IMG/VR virus record: IMGVR_UViG_3300009514_000001
Span: 158,006-222,005 of that record
DNA: 64,000 nucleotides
Reading direction: 5' to 3' (one strand)
Shown: piece by piece, positions 46,384 through 54,960 of the stretch
Position numbering within the stretch: position 1 is the first letter of the stretch
Layout of the letters: the number at the start of each line of letters is the position of its first letter
Made by a program: the position numbers and the translations under genes
The notes under the pieces: model-generated
Database searches by the model: none
What the model was told of the DNA's origin: nothing
Seen by the model: the letters and a program-made list of their open reading frames with translations, nothing else

Positions 46384-47146
46384 CGTGCACCACCCTATGC
46401 AAGACCGAAATGGGGAGATCAAACTCCCTGCCATCGGAAAGGATAACACGAACCAACGTATCCCCGGACACTGAAAACTCGTCAGCGACCCAGTTCGTCG
46501 CGAGGGCGAACATGGCGTAGACGATGGCGCCCCAGACGATGAAGGGCTTCCAGGTCGACTTCTGCTGGATGAGGATGTCGAGGTTGCACAGACCTTCCGT
46601 CTCTGGGGGGAAGGCGTTCCACCAGGCCAGGGCCATCTCCAAGTAGCAGAGCAGCTCCTCGTCGGTCCAAATCTGTCCGAAGACCCGATTGAAGGCGCCG
46701 ATTCGACCCTCATGCTCCGGGGGGCGGAAGTGGTAGTTCCGGTCGGGACTATTGCTGACGACCACGCCCGAGACTAGCAACTGGAAGTTGTGCCAACCGT
46801 CCACCGTCATATCGTACATGTATCGTCGCGAAGGGAGTTGGCGCTTATTGAGGACAGGAACTGTAGTGGAACAGCCAGCCTTCACGCCGAGCACCTCCTG
46901 TCCCACCTCCAAGCGCTCACACTCCACCTTCTCCGTGGGGGACACAAAGACCCTGTGACCTCCAGTAAGGACCATCACTCCGCCGTCAGTTTCCACTTCC
47001 CAGATAGATTCTTGAGGCACTTCGGCACGACTGACCTCTTGTACAGTACGCCACTCCGTCTCGCCCTCAGGGGAGACGGAGAGGGTGCGTAGGTGCCCTT
47101 TATGGAAAGCCTCACGAATCTTTTTCTTGGCTAGATCAGACAACAT
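46373..47146 (-). CDS. Split neck-like protein, part 2: IntC1 (132 aa) plus middle extein (92 aa) plus IntN2 (33 aa)
   Basis: Block B LTGGHRVF, block F MYDMTV, terminus VVSN followed by SPDRNY. Later ADEF followed by block-A-like SVSGDTLVRV. Confidence 0.88.
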   Translation of the reverse strand: MLSDLAKKKIREAFHKGHLRTLSVSPEGETEWRTVQEVSRAEVPQESIWEVETDGGVMVLTGGHRVFVSPTEKVECERLEVGQEVLGVKAGCSTTVPVLNKRQLPSRRYMYDMTVDGWHNFQLLVSGVVVSNSPDRNYHFRPPEHEGRIGAFNRVFGQIWTDEELLCYLEMALAWWNAFPPETEGLCNLDILIQQKSTWKPFIVWGAIVYAMFALATNWVADEFSVSGDTLVRVILSDGREFDLPISVLHRVVHDVR

Positions 47147-48035
47147 CGAACAGGTCCTCCTCTGTCCACACGAAGAACAACCACCCCCTCTTGGACGCCT
47201 CCCTATGGGCTCTATCCAACCTTCTTCGGACTTCGCTCTCGACGGGCATCTGGAGCGTCCAGGCGGCTTTTACTTCAACCAGAGCTGTCGCCCCGTCCAA
47301 ATAGGTGACAACAAAGTCCGGCAATATCCAACTACGGTCATCCAAGACGAGGCGTTTCTCGTACTCAAAGGAAACCACCTTGAAATCCGATTCCAGCTTC
47401 TCCACGGCGGCCTTCTCATAGGTGCTACGTACCCAGAACTCCTTCCTCTCACACTTCCCGGAAACTACCCTGGACCCTTTGCCCCGTATCCACTTTGCCG
47501 GGTCCTCTGCGATCCTCTTCGCCTGTTCCCGAGAACGTCGGACTCTCTCCTCCTGGCTTCTGTGGAATTCGAGGAGAGGGTCTCTATACGAGGGGTCCTT
47601 CCACAGACGACGAAATCTGTCTGAAATTCCCTGCCGTCTCTCGGGGGTAAAGGAGGCTCGGAGGCTGTCAATCTCTTCCGAGGACCTGATCCTCCCTCTC
47701 AGGCTATCAAAAACACCGTCTTGCCACATCTTTTCGAGTTGTCCGGGACGTTTCTTTCCCTTCCATTGCGCCCCAAGATGACGGCCGGCCTCGCGTCGTC
47801 GATCCATTGCTGCCTCGCACCTAACAGCCTTCGTCAACCGATGAATGCCTGCGATAGACAAGCCCGTAATTTGACTCATTTCCCCCCATGACTTACCCGA
47901 TTCATGGAGGAAGGTGACAATCCGAGACCTTTTCTCTCGAACCCCTTTGGGAGGTCTTCCCTTCTTAGAGAAAATCTCCCAAGAGAGACCCTCTTGTTCG
48001 AACAGAGAAGCCAATTCCGGATGGACACTACCCAC
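47136..48035 (-). CDS. Free-standing HTH plus TnsA-like PD-(D/E)xK endonuclease at split site 1
   Basis: GGAGG SD and GTG 48035. RSTYE...FEYE...PDFVV...VEVK. Confidence 0.8.
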   Translation of the reverse strand: MGSVHPELASLFEQEGLSWEIFSKKGRPPKGVREKRSRIVTFLHESGKSWGEMSQITGLSIAGIHRLTKAVRCEAAMDRRREAGRHLGAQWKGKKRPGQLEKMWQDGVFDSLRGRIRSSEEIDSLRASFTPERRQGISDRFRRLWKDPSYRDPLLEFHRSQEERVRRSREQAKRIAEDPAKWIRGKGSRVVSGKCERKEFWVRSTYEKAAVEKLESDFKVVSFEYEKRLVLDDRSWILPDFVVTYLDGATALVEVKAAWTLQMPVESEVRRRLDRAHREASKRGWLFFVWTEEDLFDVV

Positions 48036-48519
48036 GAAGAACCTCCCACAGGTCTCCCATGCGAACATCCATGAGAGTCCCGTCTACATCTAGTCGTACC
48101 AACTCTTCCTCCCCGACACAGTGATCTCTGAGTAGGAGGCGGAGCTTGTTGACGCAGTCCTGTTGGGCTCCTGTCAAGGTGGCGACGCTGATTCCCTTGG
48201 AGATGACCTGGAAGTCCATGACCACTTCCTGAGACGCCTCTCCCGGGTTGAGCGTGAACGTCCACCGGATACGGTAGTCCCCCGCGACTGCGCTCGGGGG
48301 GACGAACAGGGCTGCGTAGTACTCCCCGATGACCGGGTTGACCGGCTTGCGGGGAACTCCCGGGGGGATTGGCACTTCCGTCTGTGGAGGGCCGGGGTCC
48401 AGGTAGAACAGCTCGTAGCTGATCTCGAACACATTGGTCGGACAGCCGTTGGCATCTTGGAAGAAGATACACAGGTCGCCCCGCTGGACTTCCTGACCTG
48501 GTGTGAACTGGATGGCCAT
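48028..48519 (-). CDS. Split neck-like protein, part 1: N-extein (133 aa) plus IntN1 (30 aa)
   Basis: LRLLLRDH followed by CVGEEELVRLDVDGTLMDVRMGDLWEVLRG and stop; block-A pattern. Confidence 0.85.
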   Translation of the reverse strand: MAIQFTPGQEVQRGDLCIFFQDANGCPTNVFEISYELFYLDPGPPQTEVPIPPGVPRKPVNPVIGEYYAALFVPPSAVAGDYRIRWTFTLNPGEASQEVVMDFQVISKGISVATLTGAQQDCVNKLRLLLRDHCVGEEELVRLDVDGTLMDVRMGDLWEVLRG

Positions 48520-48530
48520 GGGCGGTTATC

Positions 48531-48785
48531 TCAGGAAGCCATCGCCATCGACTTGAGGTCTCGAACGGCGTGGGCGTAGGTTTTGGGCCTGAAGCTGACG
48601 GCCGTATCGGCGAAGTAGGTCCGCCTCAAATCCTCGACGATGGGGCTATTCTCGAACACGAAGAACTTCCGGTGGCGACTGTTGGGGTCCTTCTCGACGT
48701 CGACTAGCTTGACGCCAGAGGCCTGGAGGAAAGCCGCCAGGTAGAGGTCGCTGATTTTGGTCGTCATCTGCTGACTCTTGCGCAT
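48531..48785 (-). CDS. Small DUF5659-like protein
   Basis: SDLYLAAFL..SG..L......FFVF pattern; AAGGAG SD. Confidence 0.55.
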   Translation of the reverse strand: MRKSQQMTTKISDLYLAAFLQASGVKLVDVEKDPNSRHRKFFVFENSPIVEDLRRTYFADTAVSFRPKTYAHAVRDLKSMAMAS

Positions 48786-48857
48786 CTATCTGTCTCCTTT
48801 CATCTTGGAAGGCACCCCTAAAGGGGCTTACCAGGGCCCTGGTATAGCCACCATACT

Positions 48858-48898
48858 GCGAACCCCCGGCCAGGAGGGTTCCTGTCGGGGGTTCCGCG
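48858..48898. terminator. GC-rich hairpin after the 48925 gene
   Basis: Inverted repeat gaacccccggccaggag...cctgtcgggggttc; no clear U-tract. Confidence 0.45.
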
Positions 48899-48924
48899 GA
48901 GCACTAGGCTTGTCGTGTCAGTCC

Positions 48925-49614
48925 TTAGAGGACTGCTCCGGTCTCGTCGTAGACGGCGACTGCGGACCCGGCGGTGCCGAGGTACTCGAAGGCCGCGTCC
49001 TTCAGCTTGGAGATGTGTCCCTCCGCCAGGGAGAGGTTGAAGAGTCCCGTCTGGTAGAGCTGGCGATGAGCGCCGGTTGTGAAGGCGCCACTGACGACGG
49101 GGTTGAACGTCGAACCGTCGGTATCGACGACAGACGCCGCCGGGAGGACGTACTCGTCCCCGTCCATGACGCGGAGGAGTTCGACGAGGTTCCCCGTCGA
49201 GTCGGAGCCTCCAGCGTCGGTCAGCTCAGTACTCGCTACAACGACAGAGAGCGCAGCATTGACCGTGGTGAGGGTCAGTGCGGTGCCCGCGTCGAGAATA
49301 GCAATCAGGCCTGCTGCGGCCGCATTGGCCTCAGCCGACGTGAGGGCATCCACACCAGCAGCGAGGCCGCCGGCCTCGATGTGGTCGATGAGGTATGCCG
49401 CGACGCCCTTGTACTCCGCCTGGGTCAGCAGGGCACCACCTCCACCCACGGAGGTGGCGACAGAGTCGTCCTGCGGACGACGAAGGTACTTGGTCTGCCC
49501 CGGAGGGCTGTACGTGAGCTGCTTCTGGCTCTCGTTCGGAATCAGGTCGAGAAGCTGGAGCTTGCCGGCAGGGATGTCAGCTCGCCTCAGCGCAACAAAT
49601 CGCTCGTTGGCCAT
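48925..49614 (-). CDS. Putative virion structural protein (229 aa)
   Basis: AGGAG SD; strong GC3; Ala/Gly/Thr-rich. Confidence 0.55.
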   Translation of the reverse strand: MANERFVALRRADIPAGKLQLLDLIPNESQKQLTYSPPGQTKYLRRPQDDSVATSVGGGGALLTQAEYKGVAAYLIDHIEAGGLAAGVDALTSAEANAAAAGLIAILDAGTALTLTTVNAALSVVVASTELTDAGGSDSTGNLVELLRVMDGDEYVLPAASVVDTDGSTFNPVVSGAFTTGAHRQLYQTGLFNLSLAEGHISKLKDAAFEYLGTAGSAVAVYDETGAVL

Positions 49615-49702
49615 GTCCTACTCCTGAGGTTGGGGGTGTGTTTGACTGCCGGCCCCCTTGTGGATGAGCCGTCCCCTACTATTGAGGGGCTATATAAAGC
49701 AA

Positions 49703-50419
49703 TCAACGAGACCGCAGGCCGCGGACGTCGACATCTGCGTCCACCGTTGCTGCGATGCTCATGTGGGAGAACCCGAGAGTGGCTACGGTCCAGGGGGCGC
49801 CTCCCACGAGGTGAATGGAGTCAATGGGGTCAGTCGTCGCGTCGACCGTTGCGTCCCCGAACTTGACGTACACATTGGAGAGTGTCGTCGAGATGTAGAC
49901 CTTGCCGAAGGCCTCCGTCTCAGCGTCCAGGGCAACGAGCCGTTGGACCTGAGACCCACTGGAAGGGAGAGAGACCGTGTCGGCGAAGTCGAGAAACTGG
50001 AGGAGAATGCCGTTGACCAGAATGGTCCCGCCACTGCCGCCACCGCCCCCGACGTCTCCGGGGATGTCATCGATGCTGGCCACGAAACGAATGAGATCGT
50101 GGTCGTCGCCGACGATACTCCCGCTGTCGACCCGGTACTCGGCCGAGAGAACGGTCCCCGCCGCGACGGTTGCAGCCGCCGCGTCGAAGATACGGACATA
50201 GTGTCCTCTCTCCACCTCTGCCATCGAGGCGTACTTGGTTCCCCAGGCAGCCGTCTTGAACGTGTCGTCGTCGAAGTCCAGGTAGCTGTCGGTCGTACTC
50301 GCGTCTCGAAGAGCTACCGTCGGGCTCTGGCCGGTGACTCCACCGACACCCTCCTGGTCGATGGTCAGCTCCAAAGGGACCAGAGTGTCAGTAGTCTCGG
50401 CGAGGAAGAACTCAGACAT
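49703..50419 (-). CDS. Putative virion protein with two beta-rich domains and a Gly linker
   Basis: 238 aa; GGGGGSGG linker. Confidence 0.55.
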   Translation of the reverse strand: MSEFFLAETTDTLVPLELTIDQEGVGGVTGQSPTVALRDASTTDSYLDFDDDTFKTAAWGTKYASMAEVERGHYVRIFDAAAATVAAGTVLSAEYRVDSGSIVGDDHDLIRFVASIDDIPGDVGGGGGSGGTILVNGILLQFLDFADTVSLPSSGSQVQRLVALDAETEAFGKVYISTTLSNVYVKFGDATVDATTDPIDSIHLVGGAPWTVATLGFSHMSIAATVDADVDVRGLRSR

Positions 50420-50636
50420 TGTCTACCTCCGCAGGGGCTCCCCTGAACTCCTCGACGGGGATGATATCCAGGTTCGGTCGGTTGCCCCTGGAGGTTACCA
50501 GCACCGAGACGTCCAGGCGACATCCGAACCTCTTCAGGGCGCCCTGGATGGCCTCAGAACACCGACGCACTCTAATCTCCCCTTCGGAGAGGTCTCTCTC
50601 ATCTTCCCGTAGGGGGTGGAGATCGTAATCAACCAT
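50412..50636 (-). CDS. Hypothetical protein
   Basis: 74 aa; overlaps both neighbours. Confidence 0.5.
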   Translation of the reverse strand: MVDYDLHPLREDERDLSEGEIRVRRCSEAIQGALKRFGCRLDVSVLVTSRGNRPNLDIIPVEEFRGAPAEVDNV

Positions 50637-51847
50637 CAGAAGTTCGTTCCGAAGAAGATTGGGTCGTCATTCTGGCCGCCCGCAGCGGCAGCCCAAGGAC
50701 CATCCGTGAAGTCGTCGAACTCGCCCGCCTGGAGGGTGAAGGTCTGGGTTCCATGGCCGATGATCCTCACGGAGGCAATCAGAGTCTCGAAACGGTCGGT
50801 CGAGGTTCCCGCGGACCAGGCCGGGTCGGTAATTGAGGCCAGGTGGAGCCCAGCACCGAAGAAGGCTGCCTCGCTCTGTTGGAAACTCTGAAGATCCGTC
50901 GAGAGGTCGCCAGACACCCGGGCGAAGTGTCCGTCACCATTGCCTTGATCGAGACACCCAAGGGTGAGATCAACACCAATCTGGATAATGTCGAGCTGTC
51001 GACGGTACAGCCCGACGTTCGGCCAGGCATCCGAATCCGGCTCATTGACCGGACTCGAACAAGCGAAGACCGTCGCTCCTGGAGTCCCAATATTCCCACT
51101 ACCGACGTTCGAGGACCCCGCTGGGAGAATCTCCAGAGCGTGCTCATACTCTGCAATGTGAGCAGTCGTCGCTAAGTCAACATCATTGTGGTAGTAGGTC
51201 CTGGTGCCCTTCGGGAGCACCCAATTTCCCGCTGGTCTCTGGGGTCGGACCTTGCCATCGGAACCCACCTCGGAGGGGTCGAGACCATCCGTCCACTCCC
51301 TCCACCCACGGAGGGAGCGCTTGTCCTGCATGGCAGAGTAAAGAGCATCGGAGAGCCATTTCCCCTCTCGGGGAGCGACCCTGTTTGGGTCGAAGTCAGT
51401 CCAGCCCTTAACCAGGACTCTGGAGTTGCCCTGATAAGCTGCCTCCAGGATGGGCTTGATGGCGGCCTCAGCGTACAACACCTGAGTAAAATGAGTGTTG
51501 ATAGCACCGCCGAACTCAGGGCGGGGGTCGGACCCCAGAGGACGAATCAAGACCTCTCGGGCCCACCTGGAACCTACAGGCCAGTCTTTCGGGTCACTGT
51601 GCCAGACAATGACCCGAACCTGTCCGTTACCGAGGTCTTCGACTGAGTAGAAATCCGGACCCTCGAACACCAACCCCTGGATGTTGAGGGCGTTGACCTT
51701 GAATGAACCCAGACCTCCCCAGTCGACCGAGTCAAAAGAGACCCACTCGCTAGGGGAAGCCTGAGCTGGTTGGTAGTACGCACGCATCACGAGACCCTCT
51801 CCGCCATCCGCAATTACCTCTCCGTCGAGAGTTACGGAGGAGTCCAC
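50636..51847 (-). CDS. Hypothetical protein (403 aa)
   Basis: Long ORF in an overlapping operon. Confidence 0.6.
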   Translation of the reverse strand: MDSSVTLDGEVIADGGEGLVMRAYYQPAQASPSEWVSFDSVDWGGLGSFKVNALNIQGLVFEGPDFYSVEDLGNGQVRVIVWHSDPKDWPVGSRWAREVLIRPLGSDPRPEFGGAINTHFTQVLYAEAAIKPILEAAYQGNSRVLVKGWTDFDPNRVAPREGKWLSDALYSAMQDKRSLRGWREWTDGLDPSEVGSDGKVRPQRPAGNWVLPKGTRTYYHNDVDLATTAHIAEYEHALEILPAGSSNVGSGNIGTPGATVFACSSPVNEPDSDAWPNVGLYRRQLDIIQIGVDLTLGCLDQGNGDGHFARVSGDLSTDLQSFQQSEAAFFGAGLHLASITDPAWSAGTSTDRFETLIASVRIIGHGTQTFTLQAGEFDDFTDGPWAAAAGGQNDDPIFFGTNF

Positions 51848-52350
51848 CCGTTGGGGATGGTTCCGTCGTCGTTCAAACCGAAGTCCTGGCGGGCTTCGAC
51901 GAGACGTTGGTCATAGACAGAACCGCTGCCGTCATCCAGGACACGCCAATTGGCTCCCCCGGCCATCACTCCGTCCTCGAAGGCAGCTTCGATGCCCGTT
52001 GCCTGAAGGGGGGGAGAACCGTTACTGAAGTAGGTCCTCTCCGTGGTCCCCTTGTTGGGTCCTGTGAAGTCTCGGCGGGCGATGGTGAGTCCATCGGCAG
52101 TCCCCCCGACTTTGAGCTGTTCGATGACATCGAAGTTGTCCAGGAACGGACCCCCTGCATCACCTTCCAGGTCCCGGACATGGTAGACCACGACAGCCTT
52201 GAAGGCGGCTCCGGCCTTGAACATGTGCTCCAGGCCCGCGGTGTTCGCCACCGGACTGTGGTTCATTTCCCGACGAACCAACTGGTTGCCCGGAGTGAGT
52301 AGGTAGACGTAGATTTTGTTGTCGGTGGCCACGGCCTTTCTCCTTGTCAT
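51832..52350 (-). CDS. Hypothetical protein
   Basis: Likely ATG 52350, in an ATGA overlap with the upstream stop. Confidence 0.55.
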   Translation of the reverse strand: MTRRKAVATDNKIYVYLLTPGNQLVRREMNHSPVANTAGLEHMFKAGAAFKAVVVYHVRDLEGDAGGPFLDNFDVIEQLKVGGTADGLTIARRDFTGPNKGTTERTYFSNGSPPLQATGIEAAFEDGVMAGGANWRVLDDGSGSVYDQRLVEARQDFGLNDDGTIPNGWTPP

Positions 52351-53774
52351 ACGAAGTCGGTTGTCCCCACTCCGTAGTAATTTGTCCCGTCGAAGTAGAA
52401 CGAGACGATGTCGATACTGTCCCCCTGATTCGTGAGATTTGGTGGAGAACCACCCTTGGCCCACTTCACTGTCCCCGGCCACGTTGGTGTCCGGTTCCCA
52501 CTCACATCTTGAACGACCACAAGCATCAGATGACTTACACCGGGTGGCGCGGTGAACGAAATCACCGTGTTTCCCCCCAAAGTCACCCTTTGCTTCTGGC
52601 CAGTAGTCCAGTCAATTGTAACCGAAGTAGTCGGAGTGCCGTTGTCGATCTCCGCATTGAAGGACGCAATCCGTAGGTCCGTCAGGTCGTTGTCGGCCAT
52701 TCCCATAGAATGGGAAGCCGTGTTCGGAATATCGTTCGAACGGCCAGCCCCCAAAACGAGCACCTCGCCGAGGCTCGCATGAACGCGGGCTACCTGAGCA
52801 ATCCTCTGAATGAGAGAGGCCCCGGTCGGCCTGGTGGCCGTCATCCCACCGGTCACGGAGTCACTCACATACAGAGAGTCGTTCTGGGAAAACGAGCTGG
52901 TGTTCAAGCCGGACAAGTTACCGACAACCAGAAGTTCCCCTTGGGCAGCTTCCGTGATGTTCGTCGCGGCGATGCCAACGGCAGGCATGGTTGCGGCCGA
53001 GTTGGACTGAGCCAATTCGACCTCTACCACGCCAGAGCCCGTGTTGAACCCCGACATGTAAACGACTTGTCCAGGGGAGATGGTGCCGAGGGAGCCCTTG
53101 AGGGCTTTGATAGTCGACCCCTCAGGGATAGACACCGGAGCGTCGACCCCTACACAGACGATGCCTAGGGCGGCGTCCACGGTAAACACCACACCCATAT
53201 GGACCACGAAACTAGTCGGGAGGGTCGGCCGAACGTTCACCATGTCCCCAGAGGAGTCCGGGTCCAGCCAGAGTTCATCACCAGCACCCCAAGAGCTGGT
53301 ATTCAGACCCCCAATCTGACCCCGATGGACAAGAATCCCGTTGGAGGCATTTGCGATGTCCTCGGAGATGACTCCGATTGCCGCTGCCGTGGTAGCGGAG
53401 TCTGCTTGAGCGAGACCGACCAAGGGGAGGTTGTGTGTTCCAGAGTACCCGACGAAGTAGACCACCTTGCCCTTCGGGAGAGTAGCCCCACTTTCATTGC
53501 GAACCCGGACAAGGGTCTCCTCCCGGAGCATGGCCGACTGGAGGAGGAGGGCCTCGCTCTGTTCTTGTGTAAGAGTGATGCTGCCGTCATTCAGAAGGAC
53601 ATCCCCAGCCTGGACGTGGGCCAAGAGGTCCCTGTCGTTCTGGATTTCCAGCGGGGTGTTGAAGTCAGTCAAGGTCACCTGGCCAGAGGCAGGAATTTTG
53701 TTGCCAGAAACACTCAAGTTAGGGAGGGCGAGATCACCCGCTGTCTGGTTGACAGCTATAATTGTCACAGCCAT
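52347..53774 (-). CDS. Fibre/decoration-like virion protein with two capsid-cement-like domains (475 aa)
   Basis: Duplicated G.VVY..G......LAQ..S....A.G pattern and a C-terminal tail-fibre-type domain (VTIDW...WPGTVKW...DGTNYYG). Confidence 0.6.
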   Translation of the reverse strand: MAVTIIAVNQTAGDLALPNLSVSGNKIPASGQVTLTDFNTPLEIQNDRDLLAHVQAGDVLLNDGSITLTQEQSEALLLQSAMLREETLVRVRNESGATLPKGKVVYFVGYSGTHNLPLVGLAQADSATTAAAIGVISEDIANASNGILVHRGQIGGLNTSSWGAGDELWLDPDSSGDMVNVRPTLPTSFVVHMGVVFTVDAALGIVCVGVDAPVSIPEGSTIKALKGSLGTISPGQVVYMSGFNTGSGVVEVELAQSNSAATMPAVGIAATNITEAAQGELLVVGNLSGLNTSSFSQNDSLYVSDSVTGGMTATRPTGASLIQRIAQVARVHASLGEVLVLGAGRSNDIPNTASHSMGMADNDLTDLRIASFNAEIDNGTPTTSVTIDWTTGQKQRVTLGGNTVISFTAPPGVSHLMLVVVQDVSGNRTPTWPGTVKWAKGGSPPNLTNQGDSIDIVSFYFDGTNYYGVGTTDFV

Positions 53775-53777
53775 TGA

Positions 53778-54602
53778 TCAGACCCTCCACCGAATACGGA
53801 CCCAACCCGCGGCGTTATTGACAACGCTTCCTCCGGCCTGGTTGCGAACCCCAAGAATGCCCCCAGAGGAGAAGTCTCCGTTGAGGGTGGTGTCGGTTCC
53901 GGAAATCGCCGTCGAGGCCAGAGTGGCCCTGGCAGTTCCGTCCTCTGTGACCTCAAAAGTGGCCGAGTCGGTATCTGTCCTGGTATAGGTTAAGGAAATG
54001 ATGGTCCCGTTGAACTCCGCCCGGCGACCGGTCGTGTCCGAATAACTAAACCCCTGTTGAAATAAAAAATAAGCCCCCACCCCAGTGGCGCCAATACCAG
54101 CGAAATGGAACGTAGATTCTGCGACAGACAACCACTTGGCCCTAGCAGCGTCGTAGGTCATCCTCATATCGATGGCGGTGTTGTAGTAAAGGTCGCCGTC
54201 GGCGGGAGAGGGAGACACCGGGTCGGTAGCACTGTCCGGGTAGACCTTGGTAGTGGACCAGGTAGGAGCCGCCCCAGACCCATTAGTCTGAAGAACCTGG
54301 TACTGAGTTGCCCCCGAAACGGGAACGACCTCCCAAGTTGAGACAGCCCGATACAGGAGGTCACCGTGTGCTCCTCCTCCCGTGGCCCCTACTGGGTTGG
54401 CCTGGAACTGCTGCCAGGCAGACCCATCCCAAACGTCGTACCTATAGAGGGGGGCGTCTTGGACGAAGTAAATGTCCCCCGCAGCGCCACCACTGGCAGG
54501 CCGCGCCGCCACCGTTCCCGTACCAAACAGGTTCGCGTCGACATCGAGCGTAACCATGTTCCCGTCGATGAGAACTTGGATTTGTTGGGAAATCGCCGAC
54601 AT
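53778..54602 (-). CDS. Fibre-like virion protein (274 aa)
   Basis: GDIYF...WDGSAW, GDLLY and GDLYYNT fibre-type motifs. Confidence 0.55.
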   Translation of the reverse strand: MSAISQQIQVLIDGNMVTLDVDANLFGTGTVAARPASGGAAGDIYFVQDAPLYRYDVWDGSAWQQFQANPVGATGGGAHGDLLYRAVSTWEVVPVSGATQYQVLQTNGSGAAPTWSTTKVYPDSATDPVSPSPADGDLYYNTAIDMRMTYDAARAKWLSVAESTFHFAGIGATGVGAYFLFQQGFSYSDTTGRRAEFNGTIISLTYTRTDTDSATFEVTEDGTARATLASTAISGTDTTLNGDFSSGGILGVRNQAGGSVVNNAAGWVRIRWRV

Positions 54603-54618
54603 GCCGGACTATCGCTCC

Positions 54619-54906
54619 TCACTTTCGACGCTTCTTTCTCTTCCGAGAAACAGGCGCGGGGCTCTCGTCTTTGACCTCGTCGACCACCTCTTCGTCTTCC
54701 TCGAAGTCCTCGTCCTCGTCCTCGTCCTCGTCCTGGACGACATGGAGACCCTTCTCCGCCTTGAAGGTCTTCCACTCCTCCAGAATTCTCCGGAGGACAG
54801 GGATGCCCATCATGGCGATTTGGTGGTCTCGTCGGGTCCCCATCGCCACGAGCGCGAGCTTCTCAAGAACGTCGACGACTTCCTCGGGGGTGACTTGTTG
54901 GGTCAT
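54619..54906 (-). CDS. Small protein with an acidic tract and basic tail
   Basis: AGGAG SD; DEDEDEDEDFEEDEE...RKRKKRRK. Confidence 0.6.
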   Translation of the reverse strand: MTQQVTPEEVVDVLEKLALVAMGTRRDHQIAMMGIPVLRRILEEWKTFKAEKGLHVVQDEDEDEDEDFEEDEEVVDEVKDESPAPVSRKRKKRRK

Positions 54907-54960
54907 GATGTATCTCCTGATCTATCTAGATTAGGCGTGCCCAGTTAGGGCACGACTACC

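Noticed and set aside
44798-48519. Reading the three neck fragments as a frameshifted pseudogene or a single cis intein
   Set aside because: The fragments have their own starts with stop/start overlaps, complete nuclease ORFs fill both gaps, and both inteins break at the equivalent position after about 30 aa.
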